From: Chloroflexota bacterium
GTDB taxonomy: Bacteria > Chloroflexota > Dehalococcoidia > Lucifugimonadales > UBA3495
Assembly (NCBI GenBank): GCA_027623815.1
Contig: JAQBUV010000001.1
Span: 67,295 to 131,294 of the forward strand
Direction: 5' to 3'
Length of the DNA: 64,000 nucleotides
Every line of letters starts with the position of its first letter. The first letter of the stretch is position 1. The position numbers and the translations under genes were made by a program. The notes below the pieces were generated by a model. It did not search any database. It worked only from the letters and a program-made list of their open reading frames with translations, and was not told the DNA's origin. Positions 48,005 to 57,031 of this stretch are shown here, piece after piece.

Positions 48005-48030
48005 CAAAATTCGTAAGTCAGTAGAGTTGT

Positions 48031-49581
48031 TTAGCCGTCGCCACCGGTGGCTTGAGGCTGAGGCACCGCCTCCGGCGCCGCCCGCCGCACCATAGTTTCC
48101 GGCATCTTCTGGAAAACTGCCACCAGGCTGCCCGACAAAATGGTTAAAACTACCGCCAGGGCCGCGAACCGGAACCCTTCTCGATACAATGCCTGCGACT
48201 CACCCAAGGGCAGGAAGGCGATGGTCACCGGCAGGGCCAACCCCAATACCGTAGCACCGACGGTAGCACCCAAGGTATGCCCCATTTGCCTGGTAGTTTC
48301 CAACATACCGGAGGCAAAGCTGCGATTCTCCGGCAGGGTGTTCATCACCAGAGCGTTGTTGGCAGTGTTGAACAGGTTGGCACCAATATAGGTGGGCAAC
48401 ATCAACAGCGGGATACCCCACACGGCCACCTGAGTGGAGAATATGCCCACCAGCAGGAATCCCAACGCGATACTAGCCAGCGCGCCCGGTCTGAGCCACC
48501 TAGGATTGTACCGGTCATAGACCCACCCGGCCAGTGTTGGCAAAAACAGTCCCAGCAACTGGTTGGGTATTAGCACCATGGTCACGAAAATTGGAGGTTT
48601 TCCCAGCCCATTTTCCACCATGATTGGGATCAAGGTAGTGACCGCCAGCATGGAAAAATGGAAGGTTGTGTTGCTGTAGAGGGCCGTTGAGAAATATTTC
48701 TTCTTGAAATACCGGAAATCAACGAAGGGATTACTGCTACGAGCCTGCACTACAATGAACAGACCCAGCAGCGCCAGGAACAGCAGGTGCATGGGCAGGT
48801 GGTATCCCAGGGCCTCTGGAGTGGTGAAGGCTTCTGCGCCTTCATGGATATGCAAGCCAGACAGGACGAAGGCACCTAAGGTAACCACCATCAAGACAGC
48901 GCCGATGTAATTGATGGATATGTTGCCAACTTGCTCAGTGAACTGCTGCGCCTGATACTTGAGCAATGGGTAGCCGGTTTTGAGGGCCAGCAAGCCGATG
49001 GGCAGCGAGGTCAAAAAGACCAGACGCCAACCCAATTGCGCACTGAAGAACTGTAGAAAAACCCCGAAGACGACCAATCCAACTAGCGTGCCGATACGGG
49101 CCGACACCACTGGAACCGAGAACGCCCGTCCTCGCTCCTCGGGGGTAAAAACAATGGCTAAGAGGGCGTTGGAGTTGGCCGTGATCATTGCTCCGCCAAC
49201 ACCGACAACACCGCTCCACAATATCAATTGGTTCAAGCTCAGGGCGACGGACGAAAGCACGCTGCCAACGATCATTACAATCGCGCCAAGGAGGAAGACC
49301 CGCACGTGCCCGAATTTCTCTCCCATGCGAGCCGCTAGGAACACGGTGCTGCCCAACATCAGCAACCGGATGATGATCATCCAGGCGGCCTGGGAGACTT
49401 CGACATCAAAGTGGCGTGCCACGGAAGGGATGGTCATGGCAATTGGCATGCTGGATAATTGAACTAGCATCTGGGTCGAAGCCAGGGCAATCATTGTTTC
49501 CCGGCGTTGGCGGTCGGTGCCCAATTCCCGGAAAGTACTCAGCACGTTCACGCGCTGCAACATCAATAAAAATAGGTGCAT
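48031..49581 (-). CDS. MFS transporter (DHA2/EmrB-like, ~14 TM)
   Basis: 516 aa, highly hydrophobic, with MFS signature-like LAARMGEKFGHVRVF. The start codon is uncertain. Confidence 0.85.
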   Translation of the reverse strand: MHLFLLMLQRVNVLSTFRELGTDRQRRETMIALASTQMLVQLSSMPIAMTIPSVARHFDVEVSQAAWMIIIRLLMLGSTVFLAARMGEKFGHVRVFLLGAIVMIVGSVLSSVALSLNQLILWSGVVGVGGAMITANSNALLAIVFTPEERGRAFSVPVVSARIGTLVGLVVFGVFLQFFSAQLGWRLVFLTSLPIGLLALKTGYPLLKYQAQQFTEQVGNISINYIGAVLMVVTLGAFVLSGLHIHEGAEAFTTPEALGYHLPMHLLFLALLGLFIVVQARSSNPFVDFRYFKKKYFSTALYSNTTFHFSMLAVTTLIPIMVENGLGKPPIFVTMVLIPNQLLGLFLPTLAGWVYDRYNPRWLRPGALASIALGFLLVGIFSTQVAVWGIPLLMLPTYIGANLFNTANNALVMNTLPENRSFASGMLETTRQMGHTLGATVGATVLGLALPVTIAFLPLGESQALYREGFRFAALAVVLTILSGSLVAVFQKMPETMVRRAAPEAVPQPQATGGDG

Positions 49582-49639
49582 GTTGGCTCCTGTTCAGTTT
49601 GGTGGATGAGGGTCAATACAAGCTGTCTACGTCCGGGCG

Positions 49640-49680
49640 CAAAAACAAAACCGGGGTACTCGCAATCAAGTATCCCCGGG
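49640..49680 (-). terminator. Probable terminator after the ferredoxin gene (minus strand)
   Basis: CCGGGGATACT ... AGTACCCCGG imperfect stem, followed on the minus strand by TTTTGTTTTTG. Confidence 0.45.
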
Positions 49681-49765
49681 TACTAAGCGCTCGGCAAACT
49701 AAAACTACACTGATGACAACAGTTACTTAACGTTTTGGCCCTCTGAATCAAGCAAATCCCGGGTA

Positions 49766-50008
49766 TTATTTCTTGAAAAAGTCCCGGTTCTTTTGAATGT
49801 ACGGTCGCCAGTTGCCTGGAACCGTGAACTCGTCGAATATGGCGTTGACTGGGCAGACGGACTCACAATAAGCGCAGTCAATGCAATCGGTCGGATTTAT
49901 ATAGAACATGTTCTCGTCATCGGTTGTATGGATGCAGTCAACCGGACATACGGTGACACAAGACGCATCTTTAACATCGATACAAGGCTCGGTTATTACG
50001 AAAGCCAT
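49766..50008 (-). CDS. 7Fe-type ferredoxin (3Fe-4S + 4Fe-4S)
   Basis: MAFVITEPCIDVKDASCVTVCPVDCIH ... CIDCAYCESVCPVNAI is the classic FdxA cysteine pattern. Confidence 0.9.
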   Translation of the reverse strand: MAFVITEPCIDVKDASCVTVCPVDCIHTTDDENMFYINPTDCIDCAYCESVCPVNAIFDEFTVPGNWRPYIQKNRDFFKK

Positions 50009-50120
50009 TCAGTTATTTCCATCATCCCATGGTGGAGTTGAAGTTAATCCCCTAGTTGCCCTTTCTTATTGACTCCAAGACAAGAGAGGACTGAGACCAT
50101 TCTCAATCTCGAACCATATT

Positions 50121-50149
50121 TTGTCAAGTGATATTATATGATATATTAT
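50121..50149 (+). promoter_or_regulatory. Putative promoter of the LysR gene within an A+T-rich divergent control region
   Basis: TTGTCA (50121-50126) - 17 nt - TATTAT (50144-50149). It overlaps the direct repeat ATATTATAT-g-ATATATTATAT. Confidence 0.4.
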
Positions 50150-50201
50150 ATTACGATACTTGTGATAATGGAATCCGATAAACCGTGATGAGGGGCGTTA
50201 A

Positions 50202-51161
50202 ATGGAACTTCGGGAGATCATTAGCTTCTATCATGTGGCTCGCCTCCACAGCGTGTCCAAAGCAGCCCGCCGGTTAGAATTGGGGCAGCCTACTGTTACA
50301 ACTCATCTGAGAAAGCTTGAAGCTGAGTTTAGTATCACCCTCTTTGACCGCATCAAAAGGCCGATACAGCTAACCTCCGAGGGTGGCACTTTTCTTGAGT
50401 TGATCACGCCCATCGTTAATTCGGTTGACACACTAAAGAACCAGATGGACTACTCAGAGCGGCGCGGGTCTTTTGTGGTCGGAGCATACCCAGACCTGGT
50501 GATGCACCATCTGCCTCGGCCGATCCGGTCATTTCGTGAACTCTATCCTGATGTACGCCTGAGGCTGATCGCCAGATCATATATCTCCCTAATTCAACTG
50601 GTTAGGTCCGGCGAGTTGGATCTGGCCTTGTGCTCCGCTCCCCCACCGGACGATTCATCCCTGGAGTTTATCGAACTGTTCAAGTACAACATCGTACTGA
50701 TGACCCCGCCTGGCCATGAATTGCTTCAAAAGAGTCCAATACAATTGCAGGATGCGGCGGAATGGCCCTTGATTCTGTCTGGCCCGGAGAGCCTGACCCG
50801 GCGTATCGTTGAGCAGACACTTAGGGAGCAGGGTATCAGCTACGATGTAGTGCTGGAAATGGACAATGCCGAGTTGATCAAGCAATACGTGGAAGTTGGA
50901 TTGGGTATATCTATTGGCGCCGACTTTACGCTGCACCCAGAAGACCACAATAAGCTGGGCGTTGTTAAGTTGGACCATCTGTTTCCTACCTGGAGCATTG
51001 GAATGTGCACGCTGAGGGGCAAATTCCTGGGTAAGGCAGTGCGCAATTTCATGAATACCTTGATGGGGGAGTTGTCTGGATTCCATCCGGAGTTGGCCGA
51101 TTGGAACCGACCGTGGGGCGTGAATGCCAAGCTCGCCAGCATAGCCACCGATGACTCCTAG
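50202..51161 (+). CDS. LysR-family transcriptional regulator
   Basis: N-terminal HTH (FYHVARLHSVSKAARRLELGQPTVTTHLRKLE) and a C-terminal substrate-binding domain. Confidence 0.9.
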   Translation: MELREIISFYHVARLHSVSKAARRLELGQPTVTTHLRKLEAEFSITLFDRIKRPIQLTSEGGTFLELITPIVNSVDTLKNQMDYSERRGSFVVGAYPDLVMHHLPRPIRSFRELYPDVRLRLIARSYISLIQLVRSGELDLALCSAPPPDDSSLEFIELFKYNIVLMTPPGHELLQKSPIQLQDAAEWPLILSGPESLTRRIVEQTLREQGISYDVVLEMDNAELIKQYVEVGLGISIGADFTLHPEDHNKLGVVKLDHLFPTWSIGMCTLRGKFLGKAVRNFMNTLMGELSGFHPELADWNRPWGVNAKLASIATDDS

Positions 51162-51214
51162 TTGATACGCCGGGGATAATCCGGTCTGGCCTTGGGAGGT
51201 GAAATGGTCTGCAC

Positions 51215-52498
51215 TTAGCTGTCGTTAGCTCTCCCGGCCCGTCGGCCCGCCGTTTCTCGTACCAACAGCATCATGCCCAACGCAGCCGCTCCCAGCAGGA
51301 CTGCGTCCACCCCCAGCGACCAGGCGAACCCAGCCAGGTCGGCGACGCCTCCCAGTAACAAGGCTCCCACCACCGACCCCACCCCGCCAAAGGTCCGGTA
51401 AAATCCCATAGTAACGCCTTCCAGCCCCGGCGGAGCAATATCGGCGAAAAATGCCACGCTCGGCGGCCCCGCCAGCCCTTCTCCCAAACCCAAAAGCACC
51501 CCGGAAAACATCAGCTCAAGTAAAGTGCCTCCCCGAGAAAACACGATTATCCCCAATATAATTAGAACCACGGCAGGCACAATGGTGAACTTGCGCCCGA
51601 ATCTATCAGAAAGAAAACCGGCGGCCATGGTGGTGAAGAACTGGGGAAAATGAGTCACGCTGATAAACGCTCCGAGTTGGTCCGGTCGGAACCCCTTGGC
51701 CTCGCCGTACAGAGGCATTATGCTGAACCGCCCGCCCTGGCGGTTGGCCACAATCATCAAGCTGAACAGGCCCACGAAGACAAACCCGGGACTGAGTAAT
51801 AACCGGCGCAACGATCCCGGCGGCGCAATTTGCGCCCGTGAGTTGCCAGCTCGTCGAGGTTGATTACGCGTGGGCGTGGACTGGCGATCCGGTCTGGACT
51901 CCGGCACCAGCAGCAGCAACGTGACCAACGCTACCGCAATTAGACCAGCTTGCAGGTACAGCGGCGTCCTCAACCCAAAATGCTCGCCGATGTAACCGCC
52001 GGTGACCGGGCCTAAACTCTGCCCCACCAGAATGCTCATTTCCTGCAAGCTCAGAAACCTGGCCCGGTTATCTGAAGTTGCTACATCATGGAGATAAACC
52101 GAGACTCCGGTGGTGTACATGCTGGCCCCCAGGCCCGAGACCAATCGCCACACCAGCAGCCAGACAAAACTGAACGACACGGCGACCATCGCGGCCCCCA
52201 GCAAATTGATCGCGGTGCCCACTCCCAGCACAAATTTGCGTCCGTAACGCTGCGTGAGATAGCCGGCTGGCAGGCTGGTAACCAAACGTGCCATGCCGAA
52301 CAGGCCCACCGCCAGTCCGATTTGAGTACGGCTCACGTGGTATTCCTGGTCGACAAACAGGGGAAGCACCGGAGATATTGCGCCCATACCAACACTGGTG
52401 ATGAAGATGGTCAGACACAGGAATACAACGCCACGATGATCGCTGACGGTCACTTTGATTTGCTGGAGGTTAGACTGAAGTAATGACTGTAGTTTCAA
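51215..52498 (-). CDS. MFS transporter (12 TM)
   Basis: 427 aa, with the MFS motif GYLTQRYGRKFVL. Its start overlaps the stop of the upstream DUF951 gene by 4 nt. Confidence 0.85.
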   Translation of the reverse strand: MKLQSLLQSNLQQIKVTVSDHRGVVFLCLTIFITSVGMGAISPVLPLFVDQEYHVSRTQIGLAVGLFGMARLVTSLPAGYLTQRYGRKFVLGVGTAINLLGAAMVAVSFSFVWLLVWRLVSGLGASMYTTGVSVYLHDVATSDNRARFLSLQEMSILVGQSLGPVTGGYIGEHFGLRTPLYLQAGLIAVALVTLLLLVPESRPDRQSTPTRNQPRRAGNSRAQIAPPGSLRRLLLSPGFVFVGLFSLMIVANRQGGRFSIMPLYGEAKGFRPDQLGAFISVTHFPQFFTTMAAGFLSDRFGRKFTIVPAVVLIILGIIVFSRGGTLLELMFSGVLLGLGEGLAGPPSVAFFADIAPPGLEGVTMGFYRTFGGVGSVVGALLLGGVADLAGFAWSLGVDAVLLGAAALGMMLLVRETAGRRAGRANDS

Positions 52499-52746
52499 TC
52501 CGAGACGCTTTCCGATACACCTTCCGAGCCGCTAGATGAGAGCGTTTCGTTGTCTGAATGGTCTCGCGGCAAGACCTCCCTGACTCGACGCTCCAGATAG
52601 GTGCGAGGCAACATTACGTAGCGACGGCACTGCTGGCAGACTATGCCAATATCTGCGCCCAGCCGGGTCACCTCCCAGAGGCTGCTCCCGCAGGGGTGCA
52701 ACTTTTTCATCCGCACCACGTCGCCGATGCTTAGCTCTAGGGCCAT
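52495..52746 (-). CDS. DUF951-family small protein
   Basis: GDVVRMKKLHPCGSSLWEVTRLGADIGIVCQQCRRYVMLPR matches the DUF951 pattern as I recall it (K.HPCG...W...R.GADI...C..C.R). Confidence 0.75.
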   Translation of the reverse strand: MALELSIGDVVRMKKLHPCGSSLWEVTRLGADIGIVCQQCRRYVMLPRTYLERRVREVLPRDHSDNETLSSSGSEGVSESVSD

Positions 52747-53573
52747 CCCTTGCCCTCGGCATCCAACACCCGATTGATGGCCTCTCTCAAGTCTGACGCG
52801 GCGCGGCGGGCGGCTTCAGCAAAGTCCGGGCCGGTGGATGCGTATATTATTCCCCGGGAGGAGTTGATAATCGCCAGCCGACCTTCAGCGTCGGTGCCAT
52901 TGCGAATTGCGGCCTCCAGGTCGCCGCCTTGTGCGCCAACTCCTGGGATTAGCAACGGCATGGTCGCGCCAAGGGTTCTCACCTGGGCCAACTGTTCTGG
53001 AAAAGTTGCGCCGACCACCAGTCCCAGGTTGTCCTTAGCGTTCCAGGTCTGGGCCTCTGCGGCCAGATGCTGGTACAACGGGACTTTGCCGCTGTCAGAC
53101 TCGATTTTCAGGTCCTGCAGGTCGACTGACCCGGGATTCGATCCGCGGCACCAGATAAACACCCCTCGTTGCTCATCTCCCAAGAAGGGTTCCACCGTAT
53201 CTCGCCCGCCCCATGCGTTGAGCGTGACCGCGTCAAAATTCCAGACTTGAAACATGGCTTTAGCGTAAGCCTCCGCCGAGGGGCCGATGTCACCCCGCTT
53301 GGCGTCGCCAATAATGACTGCCGACGGGGCCGATTGCCGAATTAATGCGACGGTGCTCTCCAACGCCCGTAGGCCCGGCATTCCCAAGGCTTCATAGAAG
53401 GCCAGGTTGGGTTTGTAGGCGCAGGCCTGGTCAGCGGTGGATTCGACAATAGCTCGATTGAATTCCACCACGTCATCAATGGGCATCCTGGCCGGGTCAG
53501 GGTCTAACCCAACGCAGACCAGACTCTGGTTGGCGGCGCAGGCATTTTGCAGTCTGGCGGTAAAGCTTGGCAT
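52737..53573 (-). CDS. pyrF: Orotidine 5'-phosphate decarboxylase (type 2)
   Basis: LVCVGLDPD, GDAKRGDIG, LIPGVGAQGG. ATG 53573 preferred over the track start 53636. Confidence 0.85.
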   Translation of the reverse strand: MPSFTARLQNACAANQSLVCVGLDPDPARMPIDDVVEFNRAIVESTADQACAYKPNLAFYEALGMPGLRALESTVALIRQSAPSAVIIGDAKRGDIGPSAEAYAKAMFQVWNFDAVTLNAWGGRDTVEPFLGDEQRGVFIWCRGSNPGSVDLQDLKIESDSGKVPLYQHLAAEAQTWNAKDNLGLVVGATFPEQLAQVRTLGATMPLLIPGVGAQGGDLEAAIRNGTDAEGRLAIINSSRGIIYASTGPDFAEAARRAASDLREAINRVLDAEGKGWP

Positions 53574-53764
53574 TGGCGGTTTCTCGTTTGGCTGATTTCT
53601 GGCGAGAAAAGTTCCGGCAATGCTGGAATACTCCAAGCGCCTGGATTTTCTCGTTGGGTTATTATATCTTCGTGGTCAATGGGAAGCCATTGGCTTAACC
53701 CGCTCCGGCGTATATTAAGAAAGCCTTAGTTCGATTATAAAAAGCATTATTACATTGAGGGCGC

Positions 53765-54454
53765 ATGAAGCTCAGTCCTGACCTGGTAGAAGGTAGATTC
53801 ATCGTGCGGCTCAACCGTTTCGCCGCCAGAATGGAAGTGGCAGGCCGTGAGGTCATGGTGCATCTGGCCAACTCGGGCAGACTGGGCGAACTGTTGGTGC
53901 CCGGCTACCGGATGTTGCTCAAGCCGGTAGCCGGCGACCACCGGAAGTGCCCTTTTGATCTGGCCCTGGTGGACTTGGGCTTTACCCTATGCTCCGCCGA
54001 CGCCCGCTTGCCCAATCCACTGCTGGCCGAAGCCATCGAAGCCGGGCGGGTGGCTGAGTTTCAGGACAATACCCAGGTCAGACGAGAAGTAACCTATGGG
54101 GATAGCCGGCTGGACCTGCTGCTGGAAGACTCAGCCCCGCCCTGCTTCGTGGAAACCAAGTCGGTGACATTGGTGGTGGACGGGCGGGCGTTATTTCCCG
54201 ACGCTCCCACTTTGCGGGGCGTCAAACACCTGAACAGCCTGATTCACGCCAAAGCAGAAGGGTATCGCGCGGCAGTGGTTTTCGTGATTCAGCGCAGCGA
54301 CGCGAAAGAGTTTTCTCCCCACGATTTGGCCGACCCGTTATTGGGCGAAACCCTGCGCCGCGCAGTAAATTCCGGGGTTGAAGCTTACGCCTATTGCTGC
54401 CAGGTTTCTGAGTCGGAAATCCGGCTGGCTAACCGCATACCAATTGTACTGTGA
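53765..54454 (+). CDS. sfsA: SfsA-family DNA/RNA nuclease (sugar fermentation stimulation protein homologue)
   Basis: GRFIVRLNRFAA...V.VHLANSGRL.ELL.PG, SRLDLLL, VETKSVTL. Confidence 0.85.
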   Translation: MKLSPDLVEGRFIVRLNRFAARMEVAGREVMVHLANSGRLGELLVPGYRMLLKPVAGDHRKCPFDLALVDLGFTLCSADARLPNPLLAEAIEAGRVAEFQDNTQVRREVTYGDSRLDLLLEDSAPPCFVETKSVTLVVDGRALFPDAPTLRGVKHLNSLIHAKAEGYRAAVVFVIQRSDAKEFSPHDLADPLLGETLRRAVNSGVEAYAYCCQVSESEIRLANRIPIVL

Positions 54455-55185
54455 AGCCAAACCAGGGAAGGTCCGGATTGGTTGACGTGAATCCAGATGG
54501 CATCCTCCTGACAATATATCATCGGCTGTATCTAGATTACGGGCCGCAAGGTTGGTGGCCCGGCGACGGCCCGCTAGACGTGATTATCGGGGCGATTCTA
54601 ACCCAGTCGGCGGCCTGGACCAACGTAGAGATGGCCCTGCGGAACCTGAAAGAAGCAGACTGTTGGTCTTTGGCGGCCATCCACCGTTGTCCCGAAGCAG
54701 AGTTGGCATTGATCATACGCCCCTGCGGCTACTTCAACAGCAAGGCCCGTAAGCTAAAGGCCTTCGCCGCCCACGTGTTTCAAGAATATCAGGGCGACTT
54801 GAGTCGGCTCCTGGCTAAAGACATCCAACCCCTTCGTGCTGAGTTGCTGTCGATCCACGGTATCGGGCCAGAGACCGCCGATGATATTCTGGTATACGCA
54901 GCCGGAAAGCCTTCCTTCGTGATCGACGTCTACACCAAGCGAATTTTACAGCGGATGGGCTTGGCAACGAGAATCAGAGATAGCGACTACCACGCTTTCC
55001 AGGCCCTTTTCCACACAGCTCTCCCCCAAGACGTCAGCTTGTTCAATGAATACCATGCGCTGCTGGACGAGCACGCCAAGAGAGCCTGCGCCAAAATGCC
55101 ACGTTGTTCTGGATGCTGCTTGCAAGACCTATGCCTGACCGGACAGCAGTTATCGTCGGCAGAAGCCACCCCGAAGCTGAATTGA
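54451..55185 (+). CDS. Endonuclease III-related HhH-GPD protein with a C-terminal Fe-S cysteine cluster
   Basis: GAILTQSAAWTNVE, HhH LLSIHGIGPETADDILVYA, CxxxxxxCxxCxxxxxC tail (CAKMPRCSGCCLQDLC). The GTG start overlaps the sfsA stop. Confidence 0.8.
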   Translation: MKPNQGRSGLVDVNPDGILLTIYHRLYLDYGPQGWWPGDGPLDVIIGAILTQSAAWTNVEMALRNLKEADCWSLAAIHRCPEAELALIIRPCGYFNSKARKLKAFAAHVFQEYQGDLSRLLAKDIQPLRAELLSIHGIGPETADDILVYAAGKPSFVIDVYTKRILQRMGLATRIRDSDYHAFQALFHTALPQDVSLFNEYHALLDEHAKRACAKMPRCSGCCLQDLCLTGQQLSSAEATPKLN

Positions 55186-55266
55186 CGATGCCGGATGCCG
55201 TTGCTACTATGGCTTCGCTAGGATTGTCCACGGCGGCACTGAGAAGTGAAATTAGGAGGAACCACA

Positions 55267-55563
55267 ATGCAAGTAGTTAGAGTTTATACCGGCGACGATG
55301 GTGAGTCGCACCTGGAGGAATTGGAGCTTCCCTACGAGCAGGTCGCCAAAGCCGAGCGCACCGCCATGCAGAGCGCCACGGGCATTCAGTTTCGGCGGGC
55401 GCCGGTGGGTGATTTCCAAGACTTTCACATCGCCCCGCGACGGCAGTACGTCATCACTTTGCAGGGGCAGGCGGAAATCGGTCTTGGCGACGGCACCAAG
55501 CGGATCTTCAACCCTGGTGATGTGCTGCTGGCCGATGATTTGACCGGTCGCGGCCACACTTGA
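55267..55563 (+). CDS. Small cupin-fold protein
   Basis: AGGAGG 7 nt upstream of ATG 55267. Beta-rich, with the cupin-like segment HIAPRRQYVITLQGQAEIGLGDG..RIFNPGDVLLADD. Confidence 0.55.
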   Translation: MQVVRVYTGDDGESHLEELELPYEQVAKAERTAMQSATGIQFRRAPVGDFQDFHIAPRRQYVITLQGQAEIGLGDGTKRIFNPGDVLLADDLTGRGHT

Positions 55564-55610
55564 CGTCCTTGGGATTGGTAATTATAGTTCAGGGCAACCC
55601 AGAGGGAACT

Positions 55611-56381
55611 ATGCCCAGGAAATTCGGTTTGATCTGGGGAATAAGGGGCAACATTGCAGGCACATTCTTGAATAGCCAATATCTGTACCGGTTCACATTT
55701 TTGTTTCTAGTATTGGTTATCATCATGTTGATCGCCTGCTCATCAGAGGGCGGGACCCCGGTTACGAATGATGAACTTCAAGCCACCATTGCGGGGCCAG
55801 CAGGCCAGCCGAATTCTTCTCCATCAGCTGAAACCTCGGGTTCCGTCCAATCTCCATACCAGGGACAGGAAACCCGAAAGATCAAGGCCTTGTCTCAGGA
55901 TGATATCGACGGGTTGCTTAACGGCTCGGGAACTCCTTTTGGTGGAATTGCCAAGCCAGCGGAACTTAACGGATATCCGGGCCCGCGCCATGTTTTGGAC
56001 GCGGTTGCGTCGGGAGAGTTCCAGGTGACGCCGGAGCAACTAGCGCAAATCGAATCACTTTACGACGGGATGCAGTCAGAAGCAATTGAACTTGGCCAAA
56101 CCATCATAGGGGCTGAAGAGTCGATTGATACCGCGTTTTCTAGCGGTACTATCACTGAAGAATCTCTGAAAGACAAAATTGCCCTGAGCGCGAAACTATA
56201 TGGCCAGTTGAGAATAGTCCATCTGAAAACGCACCTGTCCATGATTGATATTTTGAATCTAGAACAAGTTGCTCACTACAATGTACTGCGAGGGTATTCG
56301 TCAGGGGGCGACCCCTGCGCCGAAGTCCCACCAGGAGACCACGATGCCGCACTATGGAAGAAGCACAACAACTGCCCATAG
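55611..56381 (+). CDS. Putative lipoprotein with a Spy/CpxP-like (LTXXQ) helical domain
   Basis: Lipobox LIAC after a hydrophobic stretch, and two LTXXQ-like motifs (VTPEQLAQIESL, LNLEQVAHYNVL). Confidence 0.5.
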   Translation: MPRKFGLIWGIRGNIAGTFLNSQYLYRFTFLFLVLVIIMLIACSSEGGTPVTNDELQATIAGPAGQPNSSPSAETSGSVQSPYQGQETRKIKALSQDDIDGLLNGSGTPFGGIAKPAELNGYPGPRHVLDAVASGEFQVTPEQLAQIESLYDGMQSEAIELGQTIIGAEESIDTAFSSGTITEESLKDKIALSAKLYGQLRIVHLKTHLSMIDILNLEQVAHYNVLRGYSSGGDPCAEVPPGDHDAALWKKHNNCP

Positions 56382-56462
56382 ATGTAGCCTTCCCGATGGC
56401 GCGAGTGTGACCGTCCAGGTGTTTAATCCCAATGCGGCGATAATGCTACCTGTTTAGGCACC

Positions 56463-56520
56463 TTCGACAAGCTCAATGCGGGCGGTAGTCCCTTTATCCA
56501 CTCGCGATGAGTTTGTCGAA
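56463..56520. repeat. Palindromic repeat family 2, copy 2
   Basis: TTCGACAAGCTCA ... TGAGTTTGTCGAA, between the convergent lipoprotein and archaellin-like genes. Confidence 0.6.
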
Positions 56521-56569
56521 CCCCTGTTTAGGGCTGGCGTTTTACCCTTCGCAACAGCTTACGCTTCAG

Positions 56570-57031
56570 TTATATGACAAGCTCATCCAACCGCACGATC
56601 GCCCCTCCATGGGTTATTCCCGTTTCAACCATATGGGAAATGTGGGCTGAGACTAAGGTCTGGTTATTGTCTGTGTACCTAACCGAAGTGACACCTGGCG
56701 TCAAGTCCAATGCTTCGGCCGACGCTGTACTCCCAACGTAAAATGTGATGGCCGATACGGTACCTCCGCTACCCGTGGCCGACGCGGTGGCGACAACCGA
56801 ACCCTTTAGCTGCATTGTCGATTGGGTCTCAGATAACCCAGAGCTGATGGTCTGTTTGGCTTTGTCGGTAGTGAACAGTCTGGTGGAAAGGGCAGCAAAT
56901 GAGAACACTGAAGCCACCACAACAAAAGCAATGAGAACGATGGCAGTTTCCAGACCAGTGATGCCTTGTTGCTCGCTTGGAATAATACGAATGGGCTTTA
57001 GAGTGCTGCGGAACATAATTGTCACAAACAA
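56570..57031 (-). CDS. Archaellin-like protein (archaeal flagellin / class III signal peptide, type IV pilin-like)
   Basis: Short basic leader, then QG-ITGLETAIVLIAFVVVASVFSFAALSTRLFTTDKAKQTISSGLSETQSTMQLKGSVVA, then ...VSAITFYVGSTASAEALDLT..VSVRYTD, the archaellin N-helix and beta-domain pattern. The track start is TTG 57031; ATG 57016 is more likely. No SD. Confidence 0.7.
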   Translation of the reverse strand: MFVTIMFRSTLKPIRIIPSEQQGITGLETAIVLIAFVVVASVFSFAALSTRLFTTDKAKQTISSGLSETQSTMQLKGSVVATASATGSGGTVSAITFYVGSTASAEALDLTPGVTSVRYTDNNQTLVSAHISHMVETGITHGGAIVRLDELVI

